A stretch of 64,000 bases of DNA from Eledone cirrhosa (lineage: Eukaryota), in the NCBI GenBank assembly GCA_964016885.1, contig OZ024743.1:13206001-13270000 (forward strand). Direction: 5' to 3'. A program made the translations under genes and the position numbers. Below the pieces are notes generated by a model. It searched no databases. It was given only the letters and a program-made list of their open reading frames with translations, and was not told the DNA's origin. This document shows, piece by piece, positions 26,185 through 40,262 of this stretch. How positions within the stretch are numbered: the stretch's first letter is position 1; each line of letters opens with the position of its first letter.

Positions 26185-26943
26185 AGTGTCAATTATAGAT
26201 TTTAGTGTCAATTATAGATTTTAGTGTCAATGATAGATTTTAGTGTCAATGATAGATTTTAGTGTCAATTATAGATTTTAGTGTCAATGATAGATTTTAG
26301 TGTCAATGATAGATTTTAGTGTCAATTATAGATTTTAGTGTCAATGATAGATTTTAGTGTCAATTATAGATTTTAGTGTCAATGATAGATTTTAGTGTCA
26401 ATGATAGATTTTAGTGTCAATGATAGATTTTAGTGTCAAATATAGATTTTAGTGTCAATTATAGATTTTAGTGTCAATGATAGATTTTAGTGTCAATTAT
26501 AGATTTTAGTGTCAATGATAGATTTTAGTGTCAATGATAGATTTTAGTGTCAATTATAGATTTTACTGTTAATGATAGATTTTAGTGTCAATTATAGATT
26601 TTAGTGTCAATGATAGATTTTAGTGTCAATGATAGATTTTAGTGTCAATGATAGATTTTAGTGTCAATGATAGATTTTAATGTCAATGATAGATTTTAGT
26701 GTCAATGATAGATTTTAGTGTCAGATATAGATTTTAGTGTTAATGATAGATTTTAGTGTCAATGATAGATTTTAGTGTCAAATATAGATTTTAGTGTCAA
26801 TTATAGATTTTAGTGTCAATGATAGATTTTAGTGTGAAATATAGATTTTAGTGTCAATGATAGATTTTAATGTCAATGATAGATTTTAGTGTTAATGATA
26901 GATTTTAGTGTTAATGATACATTTTAGTGTCAAAATAGAGTTT
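26185..26943. repeat. 19-bp minisatellite, ~40 units
   Basis: agtgtcaa(tg/tt/at)atagatttt. Confidence 0.97.
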
Positions 26944-27919
26944 AGGAACTAGGAGGATGCTAAGATCCGTGAAGCTAAGGTTGGATCGGAGGTAGGTGGG
27001 AGGCAGAAATGTAGGCAAAAAGTTATCACGAATAACCCCAGTGCTTACATACTTAGTGTAGTGAGCTAAGTTATTATAATCAATTAAAATTACAACATCA
27101 GTAAAGAAAAGAATCGTTAGCGTAATTACTAATTCTCCTCATGAAAGGTAGAGGAGATAATTCTGAAATTTTGTTTAAATACAATGGATTTAAAAACAAA
27201 ATTAAGTGGATCAAGCAGTGAGGAAGAGAGTCCAATCTTGGCTGTAGTCATGTTCCACTCCGCTTAGACCGCTAAGACCAGGTCATTCGTCATTGCTATC
27301 CTCAGATTACTATTTTTGATTGATCTTGATTAATTGAATATCGAGGTTGTCTCCCTTTATTGTCCAGAGATGATTACGTTAGTGATTATTTCCCTCACAA
27401 TCGGCGTAATGTCGATTATTTGAAATTTCATAGTTCGCAGCATTAAATATGCTAATACCGACTTTACTAGTTGGTTTTCATGCAAGGCATGCTTATGTAT
27501 ATATTTCTTAGTCTTTATTTTATTTGAAATCATGTCATATATCGTTAGATACTATATATAGTTCCGTATCTTTTCAACGCTTTGCTTATCTGGAAATGCA
27601 AATAAAAATAATGTCAATCTGGATTTATTGCTAGTCTAACGTGAGACGCATTCCTGGAACTTACATAACTATTGGGTGAAAACCAATGAATTCACACAAT
27701 GAAGAAAAAGAACTAGAGCATTAGATCTGGAAAAATAGTTGTTGTGGTTGCGCCAATCGAAGTATATTGTTGCTATACGAAGGGAAGAGACAGAAAAGCT
27801 TCAAACGAATTCTCTCGGACTATTTGAAAACGCTGCAGAGAATATAGACATGAGGAATGTACCACAGGCAAGGTTTTGTATCGATTTATATTCCATTTGG
27901 AATATGGTTCTGCGTTGAT

Positions 27920-28110
27920 AACGTTGCTTCAATGATACGCAATAAACTTATGAAAACCTTAGTTGGTGAAATAACTGTTATGATAGTTTGGACAATGTTC
28001 TTCTTTGCAACAATTTAAACATATTACAAATCACGAACCAGCAGTTTAATACCTTCAATCCACAAAACTTGCCTTCATACTTGAAATGGAGAACATCCTG
28101 ATAATGTGGT
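27920..28110 (+). mobile_element. Possible decayed Helitron Pif1 helicase fragment
   Basis: NKLMKTLVGE and FNTFNPQNLPSYLK resemble the Helitron N..L..LPGE and LNSLNP.GLPPH.L motifs. Confidence 0.3.
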
Positions 28111-28539
28111 GATCTTTTTATATAACCTTAAGTACACAGTTATAAATAGTTAGAAAGGAGAGTGGAAATTGTGATTATTATGCGTTTTGTGAAACGATGC
28201 CTCAATGAAATTGATTAAAACTGGATTTTATATATATTTCGGTTGTCCAAAATATTGATTATTATGATAAGCACAATGCAATTTAGCACAATGCCAATTT
28301 TAGATCTGTACATTCGATTAAATCAATCTCAATATTTGACTGATACTTCAATTTACTAATTTCAAAAGAATGGGAAGTAAAATGGATTTCTTTGGGATTT
28401 GAACACACAATGACGCAACTAAATACCATAAGAATTATTTTATCGAACACTCCAAAGGGCCTACAAATCCATGTCAATTCTTCTATTCATCGTCTGCAAG
28501 GAGTTCAGCGGAACAAGATAAAGAAGACGCACCATAATA

Positions 28540-29056
28540 TTGGATTGGACAAAACTTTCCCACCTATTTTCAAAAGGAAGGAGTTTTGTGAGAATTTTCT
28601 GAAAATGTTGAAGTTTGCGCATGCGTACATATACAAAAAGTGACGTGAATTTCTCATTTTCTGTTACACTGTGAAAGGTCTGGTAGTATGGATCTATACA
28701 AATAGTTTATTCGTAGCTGTTTACTTTATGACTTCAAATCTGGCCTAAGCGCACTAGCATCGAGTCGTCGTATTAACAATGCCTTTGGGTCACACTCAAT
28801 GTCTGAGTGCAATGCCAGAGATTGGTTTACCTCGCTTCTGTTCCGGTGATTACAGATTTGAAGATTGAACTCGTGCAGGACGTTCATCCACATTCAATGA
28901 CAAGCAACTACGTAAGCTGGTAGAAGCCGCTCAACGCTAGAGATCACTTGAATTCTCCAAGGCGCTTGTAGCATCGAAAACAACCACCCGCAGTCACTTC
29001 CATACAATAGGGAAATAAACATTTGAAAAACGGTGAGAACTTTCTGTCCAACCTAA
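28540..29056 (+). mobile_element. Internally deleted mariner (Tc1/mariner) transposon
   Basis: TIRs ttggattggacaaaactttcccacctattttcaaa and tttgaaaaacggtgagaactttctgtccaacctaa, TA on both sides; HTH remnant RFCSGDYRFED*TRAGRSSTFNDKQLRKLVE...HFHTIGK. Confidence 0.88.
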
Positions 29057-29478
29057 TAATATTTCGAATATTCATTACTTAATTTTACACCTAAATTTCA
29101 CATTGACCAGGGATTGCAAATATTTTGTTTTACTTTACATAACGAAAGAATTAATGATAAAACTGTTCGAAGACATGTTGCTGCAACAGATCACAATAAA
29201 CATTCTTTCAATCAAAACTAAGCTTAACAATAAGAGAGATCATTCTCTTTTCTCGCGTATAGGTGGGGAAATATCAAATATTTAGGTGTTGCAAAATTAT
29301 GACAGTTATTCTTTTCTCAATATTTAAAAAGATGTTATATTGGAAAACAATGATTTTACTTCAATGAGAAAATCGGTTATCTTGTGGAGCTGAAAGATTT
29401 AATCGACATTATGATAACAATTGCTAAGTATTTTACATTTATATCTCGTGCTACATTATAGACATCAATATAAATCAC

Positions 29479-29783
<305 letters not shown>

Positions 29784-29795
29784 ATATATATATAT

Positions 29796-30208
29796 ATATA
29801 TTGGTAAACGGAATAGAAAATGCTGACAAATTGTTCACAGTTGAAAAATGGTTTAATTAGGAATAAAAGAGTATTAGTGATTGTATGGGTTAGTATTCAG
29901 TTGTGGTTTTAAGTTTTTAAGTTTTTACCGGTTGCGCATTTCTAAATGCTTTTCAAAAATAATTTTGAGATAGAGTGTCCGTGCTGTTTGCTCGGACACT
30001 CTATCTCAAAATTATTTTTGCAAAGCATTTAGAAATGCGCAACCGGTAAAAACTTAAAAACTTAAAACCACAACTGAATACTAACCCATACAATCACTAA
30101 TACTCTTTTATTCCTAATTAAACCATTTTTCAACTGTGAACAATTTGTCAGCATTTTCTATTCCGTTTACCAATATATAATAACTTGTGTGTTACACCTC
30201 TATTCTTT

Positions 30209-30212
<4 letters not shown>
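29796..30212. repeat. Near-perfect ~185 bp palindrome with an 11-nt loop (29982-29992) and a short unique tail, in (TA)n
   Basis: Arms differ at about one position by eye. Confidence 0.95.
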
Positions 30213-30257
<45 letters not shown>

Positions 30258-30264
30258 GTATATA

Positions 30265-30389
<125 letters not shown>

Positions 30390-30442
30390 GTGTATATATA
30401 TATATATGTGTGTATATATATATGTGTATATATACATACCAA

Positions 30443-31043
30443 TGTCAGGTCACCAGTTGGTGCTACTGGTAACATGTATCCCAGTACAACTTGTCTCATG
30501 GTCGGGTCGTTGGCGACTAAACTGGCAACCCCACCAAGGTTTCTTGGTGAGGAGGGTGACTGGACATCGTGCAGGACTAAAAACAAAACCTGTCAAAGGA
30601 GCTCTTAAGAGTCAATGGCCATCCAAAATCACCGGGAGAGATGACCCCTTAGCCTTTGTCAAGGCAGAATTCTAGGAGAAGGAAAACTCTGATATAACAC
30701 CTGCAACCCTGATGGTATCCAATGATGTTGACTTGTTCTTCTTTTTGGTAAATATCATCTTGGTTAAGAGAGTGGGACTGGCTTTGTGCAGTGCCTTTGC
30801 TCACTATAAAAGCTTCATGGAACAGGCATTGCTTTATATCTGTAGATCTTTCTGCACTTGTCGTCTCATATTACCATGGGCCCAGCACTATGTGTCAATA
30901 ATTGTCACAAGTGTAGTGTTTGTACCATAGTTTTCAAGTCGCTGGCTGGACTAAAAAGTCACACTCGTTCAGCGCATCGGTAGGAGTTCTCCTACATGGA
31001 TATAAAGTAGTGGCCGTACTCGAAAACGAGTTGGCAGCCACCA
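30443..31043 (+). mobile_element. Interspersed repeat resembling an RTE 5' UTR
   Basis: Homologous to 42640-43185; contains tctaggagaaggaaaactctga, which resembles RTE 5' regions (from recall). Confidence 0.55.
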
Positions 31044-31061
31044 TATATATATATATGTATG

Positions 31062-31092
<31 letters not shown>

Positions 31093-31097
31093 GTATG

Positions 31098-31128
<31 letters not shown>

Positions 31129-31132
31129 TTAA

Positions 31133-31175
<43 letters not shown>

Positions 31176-31519
31176 TTAATATATTTTAAATATATCATCT
31201 TTCTTTCTTTTTTCTCCTCTACACTGGACGTGATTTATGTGTCGGCTATTTTAACTGTATCCCTTCCCTCCTTAACCTCTCACATATACGATGATCATCT
31301 GTCCACAAGCTGCCTACTATATTTTTTTCACTTCCTCAATGTATTTCTCTCTCCCATATCTCCTTCTCTCTCTATCTCGCTCTGTTGTTTTTCTTTGCAT
31401 ACATCTCTTCGTCTTCTTCTTCTTTTTTATTTACATACATCTCTTTATCTTCTTCTTTTTTATCTTCGTTTTTCTTCGTCTTTCTTTTCTTTCTATATAA
31501 CTGTCCTAACAGTTTCACT

Positions 31520-31792
31520 ACCAAATCAACTTTTTAAATGGAAGTTGCATTATTATAAGGTATGTCAAAATTATTTATAAAACAGCTTATATATTGTATT
31601 TTGTCTGAGGAAGGCATACCATATTTTTAATATGATATCCCAGAAATATATATAACGAAATAAATATGGTTTTATAAATATAGTTTCCATTTGTTTAATA
31701 TCGTAAACCTACTCCAAAACTGTTGAGTGCTTTTATATCAGTTATAAAATATTTACTCGTTGTAACCCAACAATTTAAAATAAAACTTTTGC
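31520..31792 (+). mobile_element. PLE family D 3' end
   Basis: Homologous to 15900-16160; ends in (TA)n. Confidence 0.75.
31597..31662 (+). ncRNA. Minimal hammerhead (CUGAGGA)
   Basis: UAUUUUGU-CUGAGGA-imperfect helix II-GAAA-UAUAUA-UA-ACGAAAUA. Confidence 0.7.
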
Positions 31793-31818
31793 ATATATAT
31801 ATATATATATATACATAT

Positions 31819-32047
31819 ATAACGAAGGAATTGTGGTAAGGAACCAGATGGACCATAACGCACCAAAGTACTCAATACTTAGGGTAGTAGAGTGGGTAAT
31901 AGGAACAAGTATGACCCCTGACAGCAGAGCTCAAGCCGTTTCCACGGCTATTTCGGTCCAGAAATAGCCGTCGAAACGGCTTGAGCTCTGCTGACGGGGG
32001 TCATACTTGTTCCTATTACCCAGTCTACTACCCTAAGTATTGAGCAC
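31819..32047 (-). mobile_element. Fold-back family A copy (longer inverted arm)
   Basis: Same family; the inverted arm extends to ccctaagtattgagcac. Confidence 0.85.
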
Positions 32048-32337
32048 ATGGAAAGTTCCCCTCCGAAGCACATAATGATTTTGTCGACGAACAGCAGGCG
32101 TTGATGCAAACCGGTTTCCGTTTTCTACGCCACCGATGTTGTCCAAAGGGAAGGCAATGGCGGATACTGCTTGACACCATTGACGTCGCAATCAATTTTA
32201 TCCAGATGAGTGAACTGGAGCTACGTCAAAGAAGGTGTCTTTCTCGAGGTCACAACGTACCACCCGGTCCGGGACTCGAACTCACAACTTTACAATTGTA
32301 AGCCCAACGCTTTAACCACTAAGCCACATGCCTTCAC
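32048..32337 (-). mobile_element. tRNA-derived SINE related to S2, full length
   Basis: Minus strand gaaggcatgtggcttagtggttaaagcg...gagttcgagtccc. Confidence 0.8.
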
Positions 32338-32399
32338 GTGTATATTTATATAGTATATATAAATTATCATACTTTTAACTTTAATATACAGAAGTCCGC

Positions 32400-33700
32400 G
32401 TGACTTCCACAAGTGGAAGTAATTTGCGTATATACCGAACCGTAAACCTTCCTGGACTCTTTATTTAATACACATCCATACTTTCACTCTCTGGCTGTAT
32501 TCCTCATTTTACTACACCTTACCTGTGTGAATACATATTGAAGCAAGGGCTTAATTTTCTCACTTAGCTAAAATTCAGCAAGTTATCTTCCCATTAGATT
32601 CAAACAGAGATAGCCTATTTTCACTCCAAACTCTCAATTCATTCACTGTCTACTCGGATCAATTCCAATCTGAGAAAATCCCAGTGGTTAATTCCATCCC
32701 TAAGAAAGTCAAAATATTCACATTGTTAAGTAGTCATGTCGCTCACCCATTCAACCTATTAAAACTGATGAATGATTCAGAAAGAGACAATTCATTTATT
32801 ATCTTGCCTCTCTTACCCATCAGATGAATGTTCAATACTGCCTCCATAGACCATAAAGCCTACACTTCTGCACTTCAAGTAAGCCCTCTCTTACCTTTGA
32901 ACAATAAAGTGAGTGAATTGTTAATACATTTGACATTAGCAAAACCTTTGTCTGTATTTTTCATGAAAATCCTCTAAACTGACAGCCTTTCTACATCTGT
33001 AAGACCATGAATCGAAAGGGCCCTCTTGAACTGCGCCATGGCATCATTCGGTGACACATATATCTCTCTAAATTAGATGCTATCATTTCTGATTTAACCA
33101 ATTATTCTGCCAAACTCTCACTCGGGGCATTATTGATATTTTTACAATTTCTTCTCATTACACATATATCTATGAATGTAATACTAATATTTCTGTCTAT
33201 CTTAACTTTCTAGATACAGGTGTTATCTAAAGGTAACCTAACGCTTCAATGAATATAAAGACCTAGAATTCAATCTCCAGTGATCACATGACAACATTCC
33301 ACAACCAGAGTACACTATCACTTCATATCATTTAAAGGAAACAGTGCTACAATTCAATCCTCACACATATCGAGAAAGCAGTCTTGCATTACATTTTACT
33401 TGTGCATAAACGACAGACAGCTAAAATCTTCAGTCTTTACAAATGATCAGCTTTAATAACTCATACAGGTAACACATATAGAAGAGCAAAAAGAGTATCC
33501 TCAAGCATACAATTACAATTTCTGCGATGGATAGTTCTTCATATCTGATCATTTCGATTTCGTCTACAAACCCAAATAATTACAACAGAATAATGCTCTT
33601 ATATCTTGGTCCATCCTGCTGTTCATCATACACATATTCTAGACAACACCAAACATGAACCTCTTGCTTGGTAATGACTCAACCACCGATAAAATACAAC
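32400..33700 (-). mobile_element. Possible highly decayed LINE endonuclease region
   Basis: Purine-rich minus strand and an SCDH motif; no intact frame. Confidence 0.25.
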
Positions 33701-34969
33701 CACTAATAGCTTATCATATTTGATTATTATACTGAACTAGCAGAATGGATTTGCATAGGCTACTGGCACCATTACATATTCGTGTCTGAAAAATAAATCC
33801 GGGTGGAATTTGCATTTAGTTCAGTAACGTAGTAAACTGGAAAAATAGAAAATCTATTCAAATGTTCTTTTAATCATATATTGGTTTAAGCGGTTTAATG
33901 GAAAAAAAATAGCTTCATCCAGAATTTCAAGCACACCGGCGACACATGTTAAGAATTTAGCTATAGCTTTAGCGTGTTAATGAAATATTTATACATAAAA
34001 ATATTTCACTACAATCGAATATGAAAATGTCGATAATAAAGACAATTATAAACTGATATATAAGAATTTATTTGGGGCTTTATTTATTTATCATGCAACT
34101 ACATCTTATGAGAGTAATAAACTATAATAATAATCAGAAAGGAAGCCACGAAGTCCGACTTTCTTTCCTAAATACATATGTACGATAAATTATACTCATC
34201 TTCATAACTAGAAACAAAAGTTAATAATTTCTGAATTTTCATCTGACATGCTGCTAGGGATTAAAGTGATTCTAATTCGAAGAGAAAAGTACACAAATAA
34301 TTCTTTTTCAAGACTTCTTAAACTCTGTTGCTAAGTACTAAAATGCATTTGTATTTTGCTTTGAACAAATCTCCTTTAATCAATTGTGATAGTCTAGTGA
34401 TCGAACGTAGTCATATTATACATACGCTTCAGATATTTTTCTTTCCTGTCATGAATCAAAGAGGTGCGAAATGTTATATATTTTAGAAAACCAAAATGAA
34501 ATTCACTTGTCTGTAAATGTAATATTTATCAAATCTCTTGTGCTTAGAAACTGGCGAGCCGATGCATTAAGATATAGACAGTTTATATTTACTTTTAACC
34601 GAAATAATCATATATGAGCAAATATACTTCTGTATAAAATACAAAAGAAAAAAAATTCAAGTGAGCACTTTAGGAGCAGTTGGCTTTGAAACTATGGGAA
34701 GAAATATATTTGTCAGTCATCCATAAATTCTATCGTATTCTCTAAAGATCGAATTTTGTCATTACCTGAAAACTCAATATGGCTGTATTCATGCTTCTCG
34801 CATCTTTGATTTATATATAAATCCATCGTACATTGAAACTAAAAAATACTACGAGGTTTTAAGTGTCTAAAATGGAAGAGAAGTAAATTTCCTCTCTCGC
34901 TTAACTGAATAGTAATCAGTGATTACTATTTGACGAAAAGGATATTGACATTTTTATATATTACAAGCC

Positions 34970-35225
34970 TGAAGGTGCCTTTTAGTGTTTAGGTTACTAG
35001 GGGAACGATCATAAGATTGTGATTTCAAATCCCAGATCTACTTAGCTGGGGATAATTTGTACCTGTGATTTAAGAATGGTGCCCTGTCAACCACTCTATC
35101 ACGCTGAATCTCAGAGAGATCCGTGAACGATGCACGAGTCATTTAAATGCTCAGCTATTCTTCACGTTAATTTCATGAACAGGCTGTTCCGTTGATTGAC
35201 TCAGCTGGAGTACTCATCGTTGGAA
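34970..35225 (+). mobile_element. Old degenerate tRNA-SINE (related remnants at ~42375-42570 and ~50860-51140)
   Basis: Degenerate A/B boxes and shared 3' tgctcagc..cgttaatttc. Confidence 0.5.
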
Positions 35226-35559
35226 AATAGGAAGGTCCAACAGCAATATTATACGTGCACGCAATGGAGTGGCAACCGGCAACCGGCAACGACCACAGGA
35301 AGTGGTTTAACTAGTTGATTAACCAGCTGTTCATTGCAATTCAATGTTTTAGTGGATAAGTTAAATATATCTAGCTTTAAATAGATGCCATGTTATAATT
35401 ACATATTTCTAGCATAAAACCAACACGCATTTTGGGGGAAAGAGGTATTGATTATGTCTTATAATGTATCTTATCTACATAGGAAATAATTTGACCTCTA
35501 CCCATAAGGGGGCTTAACAAAATACTAGTTTCCGCTCTCAGAACGATCCTATATATTGT

Positions 35560-35878
35560 GAAAACTCGAATAAATCTGTTCACGAATATTTTTTCCGAAC
35601 ATAAAATGTTTCGGTTGACAAAAGGTATTTCTATTAATGAACACGAAAGCTGACAACAATAGTTGGCGATAAGCTGGAACTATTGGCGGGAAAGGGTAAC
35701 TTGCTTTGCAGTTAGTTACTAAGGTGATATCTATCTATTTTCACACACAGTCTCCTTCCTACTGTATTTTTCGCAACAATTCGTAAAGTAAATAAAAAAA
35801 GTTTTGGCTTACGAACATTTTGGATGACGAACTGCCTTCAAGAACGAATTAAGTTCGTGAAAAGACTTTCCACTGTAT
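35560..35878. mobile_element. pogo/Tigger-like MITE remnant
   Basis: Ends in ttcgtgaaaagactttccactgTA (a CAGTGG-type TIR) with internal acgaa repeats. Confidence 0.35.
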
Positions 35879-36126
35879 ATTGAATTGTATTAACAGCGAT
35901 TATTTCATTTTTATGATTGCCTCAATGTCACATATTTCTATGGAACTGGAAAAATAATTAAGTTCAGTTCTATTGTTTCGAAATATGTTTTACTACAAAA
36001 ACGACCGTAAGAAAAATATACCGACTAAATATCTGAAACTCTGAATGCATTAATAGATGTAAAACAAGAAATGAAAAAAGCAGCGTTCCGAAACAGTTTT
36101 GATAGGCTTTGAACTCAAGCATAATC

Positions 36127-36157
<31 letters not shown>

Positions 36158-36633
36158 GAGAGAGATTCATTTGCCAAGATCAATAAATTAACAGAGCTAA
36201 CAATGGAACATATTCATAATATTACAATAATTGGCCAGTATGCAGTAAGCCATTTCTATGTTTACAACAAACGCACACCCACACATACGCACACATATAA
36301 ATTTATATTCTTACTGGACCTTGAGGATACACATTAATTTCGGTGCACCAGCAAAATAGTAGAGCTATGAAAAGTACCGAAATTCCTGGTTCGTTTATCG
36401 GTGTCAGGCTTGGTTTTACTCTGTGATTTTACTGTCAGATCATAACATACAGTTATACACACAGATAATGCTGCACATTGTAAGATTGTTAATATAGCCA
36501 AATAATTATTCGCAACATACAGACTGTGCTGAAATATATAGTAATATACACGCAAACTACATATATTTTCAGTCAAATCTACATGTATCTACAAACTAGC
36601 ATCTCCATAATATATATATATATATATATATAC

Positions 36634-36820
36634 AAGTAAGAGTAGAAAAATCGACCACGAGCTCGACTAGTTACTTCTTCTCTTTATGCGAAGAGGTAAC
36701 AAACCGAAACTACTGAGCTCGTGGTCGATCCTCTATCTTACTAATATACCCACACCGCGTCGAGTACTTCTTTAATATGTGGTCTGCCCGGTCCCCGTAC
36801 CAACATACCACAGATTATCA
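36634..36820 (+). mobile_element. Fold-back PLE-end-like element with a degenerate HHR remnant
   Basis: atcgaccacgagctc/gagctcgtggtcgat inverted repeat; cgaaga-ggt aacaa acc-gaaac; the inverted arm preserves aactagtc. Confidence 0.65.
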
Positions 36821-36919
36821 ACACACACACACACACACACACACATACCCCCCCCCCCCCCCACACACACAACACACACACACACACATATATATAAATA
36901 TACATAGAAATTGACGCTA

Positions 36920-37222
36920 GCTCCAGGTAGAGTCGCTACTTCTCAAATTGAATGATTGCAGCGTTGATATTACGGACATGTGGCTAGAATGTCTCAGGAA
37001 AGGATCGCTGGACAGATTTTACGGGCAAAACCAAGCGGCGTGAGACCCAGTGGTAGACTCCAAGAAAGATGGTTGTATAACATCCATGAGCCTAGTTGGC
37101 CTCGTTTGGGGATCCAACCGGATCAGTTAGATACGGTTGCTTCTGACAGGACTCGCTGGAATGAGTGTTTGAGGATGCGCCCCTTACGACCTTCTCAGGA
37201 ATAAGTGGGCGAAGAAGAAGAA
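36920..37222 (+). mobile_element. RTE LINE 3' end with (GAA)n tail
   Basis: YGHVARMSQERIAGQILRAKPSGVRPSGRLQERWL; same family as 3387-4790. Confidence 0.88.
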
Positions 37223-37378
37223 CTACATTTATCAGCACTTCATATTATTATCACCTAATTTTTATGCATATTTCTCGTAAATCAATTTGATGGAATATAC
37301 GTATGCTCATGTAACATTATATAGGATTTTATATGTAATTGGATATTTGTGTATGTACAACTGATATAAGACGAATAT

Positions 37379-37461
<83 letters not shown>

Positions 37462-37484
37462 AACATATATATATATATACCGGA

Positions 37485-37830
37485 TCGAGTGGCCTCCGGT
37501 AAACACGATGTCCTATACTAGTTGTTCAATGTCTGTAATGTGATGTCTTCCACTGGATTCCATGCCATGTGTAGGTTTCCATAGCACTAACTAATGCACT
37601 ACTTCTTCTTTGCTTCTCTAACCAATGAATCTTTGATTTCGTTATTGGAAAGTAGTTGATATTTGTGGTATATTGCTATAAAGCCCAGCATTGGTTTTAT
37701 GTTCTCTCCATGACGTTTGAATTCTGCTTATAAAGAAAATTGACCGCATTTACAATTTCCTCGGCAATGAAATATGAATTTAGCGTTTGAAACGCATCGA
37801 ACGTGTTTCTGAAATTCATATAGGTTTATA
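37485..37830 (-). mobile_element. Decayed RTE C-terminal fragment (second RTE family)
   Basis: Minus strand LVLWKPTHG..GR..TDIEQL. Confidence 0.55.
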
Positions 37831-38193
37831 TTGCTTTTACATTATGTTCTCTTAATTCAGTGTATTACTGATAAAATAAAGTACCAGTAATACACTGGGA
37901 TAATTGTTGGCCTTGTGCCAAAAGTAGAAACAATTATGTTATCTTAGTTGCTTTAACAATATTCATTAAAAAAAAGTTCTGGTGTAGCTGAACGAATTGG
38001 TCGAAATTTGTTCCAGTTGTTCAGGCAATTTGTTCCAAGTAAAATCTGATCCCTTGCAGAGTGGGTGCTAACGAAGAAAAATCAGCACAATTCAGAATTT
38101 AAGAATATTTATATTAACACTTTCATTTATTCATGTCTTTCGTTTCATAGATATAACCACCTTATATGCAGATAACTACCTGGACTCTCAAAC

Positions 38194-38243
38194 GCATCTG
38201 ATGAAGGTAGATGTGTTTAAATCTATGAAATCTCTGGTAATGC
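38194..38243 (+). ncRNA. Hammerhead-like motif
   Basis: GCAU-CUGAUGA-AG-GUAGAU..AUCUAU-GAAA-UCUCUGG-UA-AUGC. Confidence 0.55.
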
Positions 38244-38876
38244 ATACGTGAAGCTGTTAATACACACACACGCGCACACACACACTTACATTCACATGCA
38301 CCCCACCCTATATATATATATACATTTATGTATGTATTCAACTATGTACATGTGGTAGTAATATTGTAAAAGAGTTAATGGAAAATTAGTTTTGAATAGG
38401 TTTGCATATAGTATGTGTATATCTAAAAGTATATATTTTGTGATAAATGTATGTAACGCATGCATATTTGTATGAAGATAATATATTGGTACGTGTTAAA
38501 TATAATATATAGGATTACATGTATATTCCTATATGTTTCTGTATACATACATGTATATACTAGTGAATATCCACAAGGAAATATTAGTTTTAGTATATTT
38601 ACACCTGTTCTCTGCTATTTAAATAATATATAAATATATTTTCATATAGCTATGTGTGAGAGTATGTATTTGTGTGTAATACATGTTTGTATATAAGAAT
38701 GAGGATATTTACAGATTTTTTTGTTAGCAGTTTTAGATGCAGATGCATATAATTCGTATTTATACGTTTTTTTCATTATTTGCTTTCGTTAATTCAATGA
38801 TAGTTTCCGACTAAATAATCTTAATCTATCAGTGAGCCATGAATGGCATTTCTATATGCTTCCACACAAACGTAAT

Positions 38877-38907
<31 letters not shown>

Positions 38908-39585
38908 TTAATACATTAACAGAGAAAGCTTTAAGCTATACTCTGACCGGCTTCCATCTCACTCAACAAACATTAGGATATACCTTAGTATAATCCCAAT
39001 TTTACGTTTGGGGTGCTAACTATATGTATTTTGCGGATAGCCAGTTGTATTATTTTATATGAGACATAATTAAAATACATCTCCCTTTCCAAACAATTGT
39101 TTCATTATAAGTTTTTTACAAGTTGGGAAAAATGTGTCCAGGTTATGTAGAAGCCTACACATAGTCCGTAGGAATATATGCTGGTGGGCACTTATAAATC
39201 ATCAGTGGATGCCCGTCAAACATTGATATAAAAAAAAAATTTCTTACTGATATCTAATGTTCTGCGATGGTCCCCTTCCGTATCAGAATGACCGCCAAAT
39301 TTGAAATTCCAGCAGTCTCAGAATGAGAAATTTCACACTGTCATCAAGCGGAAAGGGGAGGTCATCGCGAAACATAAGAAAAGAAAATATGCACGCGGGG
39401 CAATTAATTTTTTTTTCAATAATTTTAACCCTGCGTGTGAAGAACTCAATTAGATTTAAAAAAAAAAAAAATATATGCATGTATTATTTATACACGCATA
39501 TAGGTATTTTCTTAGGCTAAAATCAGAGATATGATACCAGAATAACAATCAATATTTCATAGAAATAATAAATACGGAAAGTTAC

Positions 39586-39625
<40 letters not shown>

Positions 39626-40073
39626 GATTACATCCAGATGTCCGGTTCCCCTCCTCTCTGGAGATTCATGCACTCCTAGCAATCCTACAGCCCAACGCCC
39701 TCCCATACATTCCCTTTATATATCGTAAGATTTCACTCTGATGTTCTGCTCGAGTGCTTGAATCTAAGGTGAGGCGGAAAATTGGACATCTGGATGTAAA
39801 CTGTGAGCTTGATCAAACGGGGAACTAGCGAGGAGTACGGCTATCATGCTACCAACAATTTAGAACCACTTAAACTATAACTATACAACATATACACTGT
39901 ACACTATGGCCTGTAGCCTAGGTATACAGGCAGCTATTCCTTACCTTTTAATTCTCTTCACTGTAACATTTTTTCTCATTATAATTATAATCATCTCTTT
40001 CCCCATATATTTCCCCTTTAATATAACTCTTACTCTTGTAATTAATTAATTAATTATTTTATTTATTAATTTT

Positions 40074-40262
40074 AATTGTTTCTACTTTTGGCACAAGGCC
40101 AGCAATTACCCAGTACACTACTGGTACTTTATTTTATCGACCCCGTAAGGATGAAAGGCAAAGTTAACCTCGACGGGATTTGAACTCAAACCGTAAAGGG
40201 ACGTAACTATGCTAGAAAGCATGGCGTCCAACCCTCTACTGATACTGCCAATTCACCGCCCT
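40074..40262 (-). mobile_element. SINE family S1
   Basis: Homologous to 8028-8212. Confidence 0.85.
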
